A stretch of 64,000 nt of DNA from a virus (lineage: Duplodnaviria; Caudoviricetes). Shown piece by piece: positions 9,105 to 18,953 of the stretch. The position numbers were made by a program, and so were the translations under genes. Each line of letters starts with the position of its first letter. Within the stretch, counting starts at the first letter, position 1. The notes beneath the pieces were generated by a model. That model had not been told where the DNA came from. It saw nothing but the letters and a program-made list of their open reading frames with translations, and made no database searches. The stretch spans positions 1-64,000 of the IMG/VR virus record IMGVR_UViG_2868108522_000001. One strand, given 5' to 3'.

Positions 9105-9958
9105 CCAGCAACGAGATCGCCACCCGCGCCGAAGAGACGGACGCCGTCTCCACCTACCTCGCCGCCGACCCGCCCACCGAGTCGGAGCTGGAGGCGTGGG
9201 CCCGCGACGCCATCGCCATCTCCCAGATCTCGGCGAACATCGCCACCACCAGCCTGGCCGGCGCCTACCGCGGTAAGCCGGACGAGGTCACCGCCGTGAT
9301 CCTCGCCGGACACGAGCTGGGCATCCAGCCGATGACCTCCCTGAAGTCCATCGACGTCATCCAGGGCCAGCCCGCCCTCCGGGCGCACGCCATGCGCGGC
9401 CTGCTGCAGGCCAAGGGCCACGAGATCGAGCTCGTGGAAGCCGACGACGACCACTGTGTGATGCGAGGCCGCCGCAAGGGCGCCGACGCGTGGCAGACGG
9501 TGGTCTGGGACATCGAGCGCGCCCGGCTGATGGGGCTGCTCGGCAAGGACCAGTGGAAGAAGCAGCGCAAGACGATGCTGATCAACCGGGCCACCGGTGA
9601 GATCTGCCGACTCGTCGCCTCGGACGCGCTGCACGGCATGCCCTACGCGGCCGAGGAGCTCGACGGCTACGCCCACGGCGAGGTCGTCCAGCCGAAGCGG
9701 GCCCCGCTGTCCGTCGCCTCCCTTACGGCCCCCGCAGCGGCGCCCGAGCCGCAGCAGGCGGCTTCGGACGTGGTGGACGTCGACACCGACGACGAGCACG
9801 CCGCCGCCGTCCAGGAGTTGCGGGCTTTCGGCAGCGAGCGGGGCATCGCCGACGACATCGACCAGCTCGCCTACGAGGCCCTCGGCGCGCCGCTGGAGCA
9901 CGTCGGCGTCGCCGCCATCCGCGACCTCACCGCCAAGCTCCGCAACGCCGCGGCCTGA
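9101..9958 (+). CDS. RecT-like single-strand annealing protein
   Basis: ILAGHELGIQPMTSLKSIDVIQGQP, W.KQ...ML..RA, YAAEE; adjacent to exonuclease. Confidence 0.7.
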   Translation: MTSNEIATRAEETDAVSTYLAADPPTESELEAWARDAIAISQISANIATTSLAGAYRGKPDEVTAVILAGHELGIQPMTSLKSIDVIQGQPALRAHAMRGLLQAKGHEIELVEADDDHCVMRGRRKGADAWQTVVWDIERARLMGLLGKDQWKKQRKTMLINRATGEICRLVASDALHGMPYAAEELDGYAHGEVVQPKRAPLSVASLTAPAAAPEPQQAASDVVDVDTDDEHAAAVQELRAFGSERGIADDIDQLAYEALGAPLEHVGVAAIRDLTAKLRNAAA

Positions 9959-10027
9959 CCATCCACGACGGCCGCCCCGCCCGCCGCAAACAGGCGGGGC
10001 CCCGGCCAGAACAGGAGACCACACCAC

Positions 10028-10519
10028 ATGCCGATCAACCACCGTGCCGAGGCCGAGAGGCTCCTCGCCTCCGCCGACACCTCCATCGCCGCAGCCCTCG
10101 AGGCCACGCTGCCGCTCGCCGACCAGCAGCACGCCGCCGTACTCACCGGCATCATCACCAACCGGGCCCTCGGCCACGCAATGCTCGCCCAGGGCGAGAC
10201 CGCCGCCGCAGACGTCAGCGCCCACCGCGCCGCCCTCATCGGCTGGCGCAACGTCGTCTCCCACGCCGTCGCCTGGAACCTGTCGTTCGCCGAAACCGAC
10301 GAGCAGCACGAGCCGTGGCTGGAGCTCGCCCACCAGCTCGAGCGGGCCGGCCTCGACATCACCGCCGACGTCGACGCCATCACCCCGCAGTACGGCAAGG
10401 ACCCGCGCGCCGTGTGGAAGCCGCCCACCGTGCAGCGCGAAGACCACCTGCGCTGGTGCGCCGAGATGCCCACCCCGTGGTCCGACCCGGCCGCCTCCCA
10501 GAACGCCACCGAGCAGTAG
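10028..10519 (+). CDS. Hypothetical phage protein
   Basis: AGGAG RBS; 163 aa. Confidence 0.6.
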   Translation: MPINHRAEAERLLASADTSIAAALEATLPLADQQHAAVLTGIITNRALGHAMLAQGETAAADVSAHRAALIGWRNVVSHAVAWNLSFAETDEQHEPWLELAHQLERAGLDITADVDAITPQYGKDPRAVWKPPTVQREDHLRWCAEMPTPWSDPAASQNATEQ

Positions 10520-10585
10520 CCCACCCCGATCGGGAGCCGCTGCGGCCCGAACCTGCAGCGGCTCCCGGAACCAGGAGAGCACACC

Positions 10586-10960
10586 ATGACGACACTCACC
10601 CCGGACCAGGCCGCCGCCCGAGCCCGCCGCATCCTCGCCGCCCTCGGCCCCGTCCCCGCCTGGACGGAAGCCGTCCTCGACCAGGCCGTCCTCCACCTCG
10701 GCCGCAGCGGCAAGCCCTTCGGGGCGAACGACCTGCGGCTCATAGTCCCCGAGGACGACTGCCGGTCCGCCGGCCTGTACCTCCGCGGGCTCGTCGAACT
10801 CGAGAACCCCGTCGTCCTCCGCGTCACCGGCGAAGTCGTGTCGATCAACCCGAAGGCCCACGGCAAGAAGGTCAACGTCTACCGGCTCACCGCCGCCGGA
10901 CGCCGCCACCTCGAGGCCCGCATCGCCGCCCGCACCGAGCAGCGGAGGGCCGCCGCGTGA
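10586..10960 (+). CDS. Winged-helix-like hypothetical protein
   Basis: YRLTAAGR wing-like motif; RBS. Confidence 0.55.
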   Translation: MTTLTPDQAAARARRILAALGPVPAWTEAVLDQAVLHLGRSGKPFGANDLRLIVPEDDCRSAGLYLRGLVELENPVVLRVTGEVVSINPKAHGKKVNVYRLTAAGRRHLEARIAARTEQRRAAA

Positions 10961-11229
10961 CCGCCGGCCAGCTCGACACCGTCATCAACGCCTACGTGTG
11001 GTTCGACGCGCAGCTCGCCACCTTCGGGCCCGGCGTGATCCTCGCCGTCGGCGTCCGGCTGGTGTGGCGCGGCACGTGGCGTGCCCTCGACCGCATCGCC
11101 GCCGCCCGCGAAACCGTCACCCGCATCCGCACCCAGGCCGCCCCCGACACGCGGCCCGGCACCGACCAGAACGCACTCCACACCTGCACCGCCATCTGGA
11201 ACACCAGCACTCGAGAGGAGAAGCCGTGA
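10957..11229 (+). CDS. Hypothetical protein
   Basis: GTGA overlap. Confidence 0.5.
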   Translation: MTAGQLDTVINAYVWFDAQLATFGPGVILAVGVRLVWRGTWRALDRIAAARETVTRIRTQAAPDTRPGTDQNALHTCTAIWNTSTREEKP

Positions 11230-12074
11230 CCACCGCCGTCCGCCAAGCCCCCCACCACCGCACCCTCACCTGCTACACCGACTACCGCTGCCGGCGCCCC
11301 GACTGCGTCGAGCGGTACAACGAGCGCAACCGTGCCCGACTCCAAGCCCACAAGGACGGCACCTGGAACCGGTACGTCGATGCCGAACCCGTCCGCCAGC
11401 ACCTGCTCGCGCTCGCCGACGAAGACGTGCCCCCCTACATCGTGGCCGCAACCGTCGGAGCCTCAAAGCAGACCGTCCACGGCATCCTCCACCCCAACAA
11501 GTCCAAGAACCGGGGCCGCCAGCGACGCATCAACCCCACCCTCGCCGCCAAGATCCTGGCCGTCACCCCCGACAACTGCCGCCGCGGCAAGATCTCCAGT
11601 ACTGGAACAGTCCGACGGCTTCAGGCCCTGGTCGCTGCTGGCTGGCCTCTGAAGGAGATCGCAGCCCACGCCGGAGTCAACCACTCCAACATGAGCCGGC
11701 TGCTGCGCAACGACTTCATCCTCGCGAGCACCGCCAAGACCATCGCCGACACGTACAACGCGCTCGCCCACCGCAGCCCGGAGCGGCACGGAGTGGACAA
11801 GACCCAAGCCAAGCGGGCCCGGAACTGGGCCGCAAGCCAGGGCTGGGCCAAGGTCACGTACTGGGCCGAACGGATGGACGTCATCGACGACCCCGACTTC
11901 CAGCCCCTCTACGGCGTCACCAAGCGGGAGATCGTCGCCCAGGACGCCAACTGGCTGATGACCGAAGGCCGCCTCGACCGGGCCAGCGCCGCCGCCCGGC
12001 TCGGCGTGTCCAAGGCCTACATCGACCACGCCTTCCGCGACCACCCCCAGTACGCCGTCGAGGTGGCCGCATGA
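11226..12074 (+). CDS. Multi-HTH DNA-binding protein with N-terminal Cys motif
   Basis: CY...CRRPDC; RRLQALVAAGWPLKEIA; AAARLGVS. Confidence 0.7.
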   Translation: MTTAVRQAPHHRTLTCYTDYRCRRPDCVERYNERNRARLQAHKDGTWNRYVDAEPVRQHLLALADEDVPPYIVAATVGASKQTVHGILHPNKSKNRGRQRRINPTLAAKILAVTPDNCRRGKISSTGTVRRLQALVAAGWPLKEIAAHAGVNHSNMSRLLRNDFILASTAKTIADTYNALAHRSPERHGVDKTQAKRARNWAASQGWAKVTYWAERMDVIDDPDFQPLYGVTKREIVAQDANWLMTEGRLDRASAAARLGVSKAYIDHAFRDHPQYAVEVAA

Positions 12075-12373
12075 TCGCCACTCGCATCGGTGCCGACCGC
12101 GGCCCCTACCTCCACGCCTCCACCACCCACACCTACGACGAGAACGGCGACATCGACCTCATCGCCGTCGAACACGCCCTCAACGGCCAGCCCGTCACCC
12201 TCACCCAAGCCGAGCAGCTGTACACGGCCCGGCTCCTCCACGACCGCGGCTACGGGCCGTCCGCCATCGGCCGGCGCATCCGCGCCGACCACTCCACCGT
12301 CACCGCCTGGCGCGACAACGGATGGAAGCCCGTCGCCGTGCACCCCAAAAGCCGGAAGAAGACCACGGCATGA
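12071..12373 (+). CDS. HTH protein
   Basis: DLIAVEHAL..LTQAEQ..RGYGPSAIGRRI. Confidence 0.6.
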   Translation: MIATRIGADRGPYLHASTTHTYDENGDIDLIAVEHALNGQPVTLTQAEQLYTARLLHDRGYGPSAIGRRIRADHSTVTAWRDNGWKPVAVHPKSRKKTTA

Positions 12374-12583
12374 GCGGAAGCACGGACCAGCGACGTGCGC
12401 CCCCGACCTCACCAGCGGGGCGAGACACGAGGTTCGCCCACGCAGCCACGGTGCGTAAACGGGCAGGTCAGAGCGCGTTTGGAGGCTCTCCGCCACCCGG
12501 AGAACCTACACGGAACAGGTTGCGGAGAACACGACAAAGGCCCCGCGGAAGCGGGGCCAGGAGGACGAGAGGAGAGGCCAGTG

Positions 12584-12865
12584 CTAGTCGCCAAGAGCGC
12601 GCCGTTGAGCAACGGCCATGGCTTCTCCGAGCATGCGCGCCTTGTGCGCGTCGTCGGAAGTCGTGCCGGCTTCCAGCTCCCTCAGGTAGCCACGCAGTTC
12701 GCGGAGCGTCATGTAGTCCTCGTAGCTCACGATCACAGCCGCTTCCTTGCCCCGGTTGATGAGGACGGTCGGCTCGTTGGCGTAGCGGGCGCGCGAGATG
12801 ACCTCACCGAGGACGTTGCGGGCTTCGGCGATCTTGGCGCGGTGCTCGGTGGGGGTCGCGGTCAT
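12584..12865 (-). CDS. Phd/YefM-family antitoxin-like protein
   Basis: IAEARNVLGEVISRARYANEPTVLINRGKEAAVIVS. Confidence 0.85.
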   Translation of the reverse strand: MTATPTEHRAKIAEARNVLGEVISRARYANEPTVLINRGKEAAVIVSYEDYMTLRELRGYLRELEAGTTSDDAHKARMLGEAMAVAQRRALGD

Positions 12866-13023
12866 GGCAACAGCGTAGCGGATTTGTCACGCTGCACACC
12901 ACGGCGACTTCGCTTTCTTAGCTATGATGGGCATGAGCGGGGCGGCAGTGACAAGCCGCCTTAGAGGCCCTGGTTCCGCGCGCCCAAAAGCCCCTCAACC
13001 AGCACTCTCCGAAAGAAGCCCCG

Positions 13024-13932
13024 ATGCCTTGGGTCAAGTTGGACGACCGGTTCCCGTCGCACCGCAAGATCGCCTTGCTGTCCGACCGGGCGTTCCGGCT
13101 GCACGTGTCCGCGATCTGCTGGTGCGCCGAGAACCTCACCGACGGCCGCATCAGTGACCGCGAGCTGGCCCTCGTGACCCGCGTGCGAGGCGTCAAGGCG
13201 ACCGCCAAGCAGCTGGAGGACGCCGGCCTGTGGGACCGCACCGACGACGGCTGGCAGATCCACGACTACCTCGACTACAACCCGTCCCGCGAACAGGTGC
13301 TCATCGAGCGGAAGAAGAACGCCGAGCGACAGGAGCGCTTCAGGCGCCGCAAGAACGGCAGGCCGACCCCACCCAGTAACGGGGGCAGTAACGGCGTTAC
13401 GCCCGACGACGAAACGCGCGACGGCGACACGACGGCGACACGACGGAAGCACGACGGCGACACGACGGCGACACGAAGCAACACCGTTCAGAACGAAGAA
13501 CCCCAGGTCAACGAGATTCGTAACGCCGTTACTAACGACGCCCCGACCCGACCCGACCCGAACCCCATATCTATGGCTGATGTAGATGGGGAGAGTGCAG
13601 GTTCTGTAGCGCGCACGGTTGAGCGGTCTGACGACCGCCTCACCCCCATCGATGTCGACGGCTTCGAACTCACCGACGCCATGCGCGCATGGTCCCTGCG
13701 CACCTTCGGCCCCAGCCTCGACGTCGACTACGAGACCGCCCAGTTCATCGATCACTTCCGCGCCCAGAACACGCGCCGCCCCAACTGGCCGGCCGAGTGG
13801 CAGAAGTGGATCCGCCGCTCCGCCAAGTTCGCCTCCGAGCGTGCCAACCGACCGCCCCTCCGCGCAGTCTCTGGCGGCTATCAGCCGTACCGCGATCCCA
13901 CCGACGAGTCCGTCTACGACAAGGACCTCTGA
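13024..13932 (+). CDS. Phage replication initiator (lambda O-like architecture)
   Basis: MPWVKLDD, IHDYLDYNPS, low-complexity middle with DNA repeats, C-terminal FIDHF..NW..WQKWIRR; precedes DnaC-like gene. Confidence 0.75.
   Translation: MPWVKLDDRFPSHRKIALLSDRAFRLHVSAICWCAENLTDGRISDRELALVTRVRGVKATAKQLEDAGLWDRTDDGWQIHDYLDYNPSREQVLIERKKNAERQERFRRRKNGRPTPPSNGGSNGVTPDDETRDGDTTATRRKHDGDTTATRSNTVQNEEPQVNEIRNAVTNDAPTRPDPNPISMADVDGESAGSVARTVERSDDRLTPIDVDGFELTDAMRAWSLRTFGPSLDVDYETAQFIDHFRAQNTRRPNWPAEWQKWIRRSAKFASERANRPPLRAVSGGYQPYRDPTDESVYDKDL
13388..13532. repeat. Candidate replication origin: 11-bp iterons flanked by inverted 13-mers
   Basis: CGACGGCGACA x5 (one variant) at 13419-13473; GTAACGGCGTTAC (13388) and its reverse complement GTAACGCCGTTAC (13520). 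Confidence 0.75.
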
Positions 13933-13933
13933 C

Positions 13934-14641
13934 ATGCAGTACATCCCGCCGAACAACCTGCGAGGCCACGACCTCGCTCCGCTGCTGGCCGCCCGCGGCC
14001 TCCCCGCGGACTGGCTGGAGGTCAACGACTTCGACCCGCACAGCCCGCAGAACGTCGCCCGCCACACCTACAGCGAGGTCGCCGCCCTCGTTCCGTTCCA
14101 CTACCGGTCCGCGGCGCCCACGCTGCCCGAGCTGCGGCAGTGGATCGACGTCCTGGTCGGTGCGGCGAAGGAAGCCCAGGCGGCCCGCAACGCTCCGATG
14201 GCCACCGTGCTGCACGGCCCCTCGCTGCTCCTCCTCGGCCGCGTCGGCACCGGCAAGACCTACGAGTCCTACGGGGCGATGCGGGAGCTGGCCGTCACCG
14301 GGGTCCGCGCCCAGTGGCACGTGACCACGGCCGCCGACCTGTACGCCGCCCTGCGTCCCCGGCACGGCATCGACTCGGAGGCCGAGTTCCGCACCTACCG
14401 CGACGCCCCGCTGCTCCTCGTCGACGACCTCGGGGCTGGCGGGAAGCCGTCCGAGTTCACGGAAGAAGTCAACTTCCGGCTGATCAACCACCGGTACGAG
14501 CGGCAGCTGCCGACCCTGTTCACGTCGAACGCCGACGCCGACAAGCTCCGCGACCGCCTCGGCGACCGGGTCACCTCCCGGCTGCGGGAGATGTGCCAGC
14601 GCGTCGTCGTCAAGGGCACCGACCGCCGGAGGGCCGCGTGA
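13934..14641 (+). CDS. DnaC/IstB-like AAA+ helicase loader
   Basis: GRVGTGKT, LLLVDDLG, TLFTSN, GDRVTSRLREMC. Confidence 0.85.
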   Translation: MQYIPPNNLRGHDLAPLLAARGLPADWLEVNDFDPHSPQNVARHTYSEVAALVPFHYRSAAPTLPELRQWIDVLVGAAKEAQAARNAPMATVLHGPSLLLLGRVGTGKTYESYGAMRELAVTGVRAQWHVTTAADLYAALRPRHGIDSEAEFRTYRDAPLLLVDDLGAGGKPSEFTEEVNFRLINHRYERQLPTLFTSNADADKLRDRLGDRVTSRLREMCQRVVVKGTDRRRAA

Positions 14642-15666
14642 TGAGCGGACCTACCCTGCGCCTGCTGTCCCTCGGTGCTGGCGTCCAGTCCACCACCCTG
14701 CTGCTGCTCGCCGCCGAAGGACGCCTCCCTGGCCTGGACGGCGCGATCTTTGCTGACACCGGCTGGGAGCCCGCCGCCGTGTACGAGCACCTCGACAAGT
14801 TGGAAGAGGAGATTGCCAAGCCTGCCGGGATCCCGATCTACCGGGTATCGACCGGCCGTATCCAGGACGACGTCCTCGACCCCGACAAGCAGCGCTCCCT
14901 GCCCGCACACACTCGGGACCCCGAAACGGGCGAGGACGGCATGCTGAACCGGCGCTGCACGCAGACGTACAAGCTCACGCCAATTCTGCGGCAGACCCGG
15001 CTGCTGCTCGGTGCGTCGACGTCGGACCCGGCACCGTGCCGGTACTGCGACGGCACCGGCACGCGGATCGCCCCGTGGCGGGCCAAGCGCAACGACATGA
15101 CGTCTGGCCCATGCTCTGTCTGTGACGGCACCGGCACCCTCGCCCGCGTCAACCAGCCCCCGGCTGGCGCCTGGGCTGAGCAGTGGATCGGCTTCTCCAC
15201 CGACGAGATCGGTCGCGTCTCCGACCGCGGCGACACGCGCTACTCGAAGTCCCGGCATCCGCTCCTGGAACTGAGCATGTCGCGCACCCAGTGCGACGCC
15301 TACCTGAAGCACCACGGCTGGACGTCGGTGGAGAAGTCCGCCTGCATCGGTTGCCCGTTCCATGGCAACGCCGAGTGGCGCCGTATGCGGGACACCGACC
15401 CCCAGTCGTGGCAGGAGGCCATCCGCTTCGACAAGGCGTACCGGACCGGGCCCGGCCTGCGCCACCAAAGGTTCCTGCACATCTCCCGCAAGCCCCTTGA
15501 CGAGGCACCCATCGACAAGATCCGCCGCTCCGAGTGGCAGATGGACACGATCTTCGATGCCGCCTACGAGGCCGAACTTGCCGAACAGGGCGACCCCGAC
15601 GGCTGCTCTCCCTGGGCGTGCCGCTCTGGCCAGCCCGTGATCAACGATGAAGAGGAAGCCGCGTGA
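14641..15666 (+). CDS. PAPS-reductase-like (adenine nucleotide alpha-hydrolase) protein with Zn-finger insert
   Basis: SLGAGVQS PP-loop, FADTGWE, RRCT..YK, IGFSTDE, KSACIGCPF. Confidence 0.7.
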   Translation: MSGPTLRLLSLGAGVQSTTLLLLAAEGRLPGLDGAIFADTGWEPAAVYEHLDKLEEEIAKPAGIPIYRVSTGRIQDDVLDPDKQRSLPAHTRDPETGEDGMLNRRCTQTYKLTPILRQTRLLLGASTSDPAPCRYCDGTGTRIAPWRAKRNDMTSGPCSVCDGTGTLARVNQPPAGAWAEQWIGFSTDEIGRVSDRGDTRYSKSRHPLLELSMSRTQCDAYLKHHGWTSVEKSACIGCPFHGNAEWRRMRDTDPQSWQEAIRFDKAYRTGPGLRHQRFLHISRKPLDEAPIDKIRRSEWQMDTIFDAAYEAELAEQGDPDGCSPWACRSGQPVINDEEEAA

Positions 15667-17045
15667 CGACCGACACCGAACTGTGGGCACCCGACGAGGC
15701 CGTGGTCGATCCCGGCCCGCGGCCTCCGGAGCGGCCCCGGGACGTCGAAGCTGAGCGCGTCCTCGTGGCCACTGCCATGCAGCAGCCGAACGTCGTCGAC
15801 GAACTCGGCGCCGAAGGCTTCGACCCCGCCGACATCACCACCGACGCCTACCGGTGGACGTGGTGGGCCGTGGAAGAACTCCAGGGCCAGTTCCGCGACG
15901 GGGAGCTCAAGCACCTTGCCGTGCACCGGCTGCTGGAGACGTGGCATGCCGAGGGCCGCATGCCGACCCGGCCCCCGGCTGTCGAGCAGTTGCTGGACCT
16001 GTACCAGCAGTCGCACCCGGGCGCCGCCGCCTGGTATGCGAAGCGGATCGAGAAGAAGGCGATCGCCGCCCGGCTCGTCGCCCTCGGCTACGACGCCATG
16101 CTCAAGGGCGCCTCCCTGGCATTCGACGAGGACACGGACGTCGCCGCCATCCAGTCCGACCTCGACGGCGTCGTCCGGGTCGCTGACGACGCCGACATGG
16201 CCCCCATCGGCGACCTGCTCCTCGACAGCCTGGAGCGGGCCACCACCCCGCCCACCAACGAACAGCGCATCCCCACCGGCTTCATGGACCTCGATGCGCT
16301 GCTGTCCGGCGGGTGGGCGCCCGGCCAGCTCGTCGTCGTCGGTGCCCGGCCCGCCATGGGCAAGTCCACGATCGCCGCAGACTTCGCCCGCGGCGCCGCC
16401 ATCAAGAACAAGATCCCGTCCTTGTTCGAGTCGCTGGAGATGGGCAAGGACGAACTGTCCGACCGGATCCTGTGCGCAGAGGCCCGCATCCCGCTGCACC
16501 ACCTGAAGCAGGGCATCGTCTCCGACGAGGACATGGCGCGCGCCGCCCGGCACGCTCCCGCGATTGCTGCGGCCCCCCTGTGGATCAACGATGCGGCGAC
16601 CCTGTCGCTGCCGATGCTGCGGGGCCGGATCCGCAACCTCGTCCGCACCCAGGGCCTCCGCCTGGCCATCGTCGACTACCTGCAGCTGATGCAGGCGCCG
16701 CGCGCCGAATCGAGGCAGCAGGCCGTCGCCGAGATCTCCCGGAACCTGAAGCTCATCGCGAAGGACTTCGGGATCACCGTGATCGTCCTGTGTCAGCTCA
16801 ACCGTGGCCCCGAGCAGCGGCAGGAGAAGCGGCCGATGGTGTCCGACCTCCGCGAGTCGGGGGCGATCGAGCAGGACGCCGACATCGTGCTCCTCCTCCA
16901 CCGCGAGGACGCCTACGAGAAGGAATCCCCGCGGGCCGGCGAAGCCGACCTGATCGTCGGCAAGCACCGCGGCGGACCCACCGCGACGATCACCGTCGCC
17001 GCGCAACTCCACTTCGCTCGCATGATCGACATGGCAGGTACGTGA
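15663..17045 (+). CDS. dnaB: Replicative DNA helicase
   Basis: GARPAMGKS, SLEM, IVDYLQL, QLNRGPEQR, DLRESGAIEQDAD. Confidence 0.95.
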   Translation: MTTDTELWAPDEAVVDPGPRPPERPRDVEAERVLVATAMQQPNVVDELGAEGFDPADITTDAYRWTWWAVEELQGQFRDGELKHLAVHRLLETWHAEGRMPTRPPAVEQLLDLYQQSHPGAAAWYAKRIEKKAIAARLVALGYDAMLKGASLAFDEDTDVAAIQSDLDGVVRVADDADMAPIGDLLLDSLERATTPPTNEQRIPTGFMDLDALLSGGWAPGQLVVVGARPAMGKSTIAADFARGAAIKNKIPSLFESLEMGKDELSDRILCAEARIPLHHLKQGIVSDEDMARAARHAPAIAAAPLWINDAATLSLPMLRGRIRNLVRTQGLRLAIVDYLQLMQAPRAESRQQAVAEISRNLKLIAKDFGITVIVLCQLNRGPEQRQEKRPMVSDLRESGAIEQDADIVLLLHREDAYEKESPRAGEADLIVGKHRGGPTATITVAAQLHFARMIDMAGT

Positions 17046-17326
17046 TGACGACCCAGCCCACCCCCGAAGACATCGCGGCAATGCGCGCCGACGGCAGCCT
17101 CCGCGACTACCTCAAATACCTCACCAGCCAGGCCGAAAGGCCCACCGCCAAGCCCAAGCCCGCCCTCACCGCGGTTCCGGCGGCCGGCTACCGCATCGCC
17201 CACACCGGCGGCTGGCCCCTCGGCACCGCCGCCTCGGGCCCGACGCCGCCGCCGGACGCCTGCACCTGCGCCCGCTGCAGCCACAACCCCACCAGCACCA
17301 CGACTCACCGGAAGGACGCCGCCTGA
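17045..17326 (+). CDS. Hypothetical protein
   Basis: Coupled ORF. Confidence 0.55.
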   Translation: MTTQPTPEDIAAMRADGSLRDYLKYLTSQAERPTAKPKPALTAVPAAGYRIAHTGGWPLGTAASGPTPPPDACTCARCSHNPTSTTTHRKDAA

Positions 17327-18750
17327 TGTACCGCCACGACAACGACACGCTCACTGTCATGGACTGGTTCTGCGGCGCCGGCGGCAGCAGTCAGGGCGTC
17401 GACGCTGTCCCCGGTGTCCGCGTCACCCGCGCCGCCAACCACTGGAAGCGGGCCATCGAATCCCACGCCGCGAACTTCCCCGACACCGACCACTACCAGG
17501 GCGACATCCGCAAGGCGCCCGTCTGGGACTGGCCCGTCTGCGACCTGTTCTGGGCCAGCCCCGAATGCACCAACTGGTCGGTCGCCAAGGGCAAGCAGCG
17601 CGACTTCGACAAGACGATGCAGTACGACCTGTTCTCCCTCCTCGAGGAGCGCGACGAGGAACCGCCGACCGCGGAGGAAGAGTCCCGGGCGCTCATGGAG
17701 GAAGTCCCGCTGTACCTGCGCGGCGTGCAGGAGCGCGGCGGCCTTGTCAAGGCTGGCATCGTCGAGAACGTTGTGGACGTCCGCAACTGGGACCAGTGGG
17801 ACCGCTGGCTCGGAGAGATCCACAAGCTCGGCTACGACACCCGCGTCATCGCCCTGAACGCCATGCATGCCCGGCCGCGCAGCGTGCACCGGGCACCGCA
17901 GTCCCGCGACCGCCTGTTCGTCGGCTACTGGCACCGCTCGCTGGGCCGCACCCCGGACTGGAACAAGTGGCTGCGACCGCGTGCCTGGTGCGAGACGTGC
18001 GGCCAGCACGTCGACGCCCTCCAGGTGTTCAAGAAGTACGGCCGCGACATGGGCCGCTACCGGCAGCAGTACGTGTACCGCTGCCCCAACATCAGCTGCC
18101 GGAACAGCCTCCTCGAGCCCGAGACGCTGCCCGCAGCCGCCTGTATCGACTGGTCCCTGCCTGGTCAGCGCATCGGCGACCGGGCCCGCCCGCTTGCCGA
18201 AAAGACCCTCGCACGCATCCGGGCCGGCATTGCCCGGTTCGCTCACCCGCTCGACGGGCGGCGCCTTCAGGTGCCGCCGCTGATGGTGCCCGTCGAAGGC
18301 CGGGACGGAAAGGAGGCGAACACGGCGCTGGCCCCGCTGCGTACCCAGACCGCCCGGAACGAAACGGGCCTGGCGTGGCTGCCGTTCATCGCCGAACTCC
18401 GCGGCGGCGGCAGCGTGGCCCGGCCCGTGACCGAGGCCCTCGCTACGGTCACCGCCTCCGGGAACCACCACGGTCTGGTGCACCCGGACCCGCGGATAGC
18501 CGTGATCGATGGCGCGGTCGACATCGAGGACGTCCTGTTCAGGATGTTGGAGCCCCACGAGATCGGTCGCGCGATGAGCTTTGCCGACGAGTACATCGTT
18601 CTCGGTTCGAAGCGTGAGCGCGTGAAGCAGTACGGCAACGCAGTCCCGCCCAACATGTCCGAAGTCCTCGTCTGCGCCCTCGTCGAAGCGATCACCGGCG
18701 AGGAGCTCTCCCGGCACGAGGGCATCGCCGGATTCGCGGAGGCTGCCTGA
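17326..18750 (+). CDS. DNA (cytosine-5) methyltransferase
   Basis: DWFCGAGG, SPEC, ENV, PQSRDR, QYGNAV. Confidence 0.9.
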   Translation: MYRHDNDTLTVMDWFCGAGGSSQGVDAVPGVRVTRAANHWKRAIESHAANFPDTDHYQGDIRKAPVWDWPVCDLFWASPECTNWSVAKGKQRDFDKTMQYDLFSLLEERDEEPPTAEEESRALMEEVPLYLRGVQERGGLVKAGIVENVVDVRNWDQWDRWLGEIHKLGYDTRVIALNAMHARPRSVHRAPQSRDRLFVGYWHRSLGRTPDWNKWLRPRAWCETCGQHVDALQVFKKYGRDMGRYRQQYVYRCPNISCRNSLLEPETLPAAACIDWSLPGQRIGDRARPLAEKTLARIRAGIARFAHPLDGRRLQVPPLMVPVEGRDGKEANTALAPLRTQTARNETGLAWLPFIAELRGGGSVARPVTEALATVTASGNHHGLVHPDPRIAVIDGAVDIEDVLFRMLEPHEIGRAMSFADEYIVLGSKRERVKQYGNAVPPNMSEVLVCALVEAITGEELSRHEGIAGFAEAA

Positions 18751-18953
18751 TGGCGACCACCCACCTGTGGGCCGGCGACCACGTCGGCCGCGACTTCACC
18801 GGCTCCCGCCCCGAAACCGGCTGCCCCTGCCCGAAGGCGGCGTGCGGCCTGGTCCTGGCGGACCTGATCCGCCCGGACTGCCCGGCCCATGCCGCCGCCC
18901 GATCGATGCGGCAATCCCACCCCACCCGCAACTGCCCCGGAGGAACCACGTGA
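18750..18953 (+). CDS. Small Cys/His-rich protein
   Basis: CPCPKAACG..CPAH..H..C. Confidence 0.6.
   Translation: MATTHLWAGDHVGRDFTGSRPETGCPCPKAACGLVLADLIRPDCPAHAAARSMRQSHPTRNCPGGTT

Noticed and set aside
7383-10909. Very long minus-strand ORFs (566 and 641 aa) and many similar ones across the window
   Set aside because: Antisense shadows of real genes in high-GC DNA; no motifs, and they overlap well-supported + strand genes
13419-13483. Tandem repeat considered as CRISPR or VNTR
   Set aside because: 11-bp units with no spacers and no cas genes; better explained as iterons
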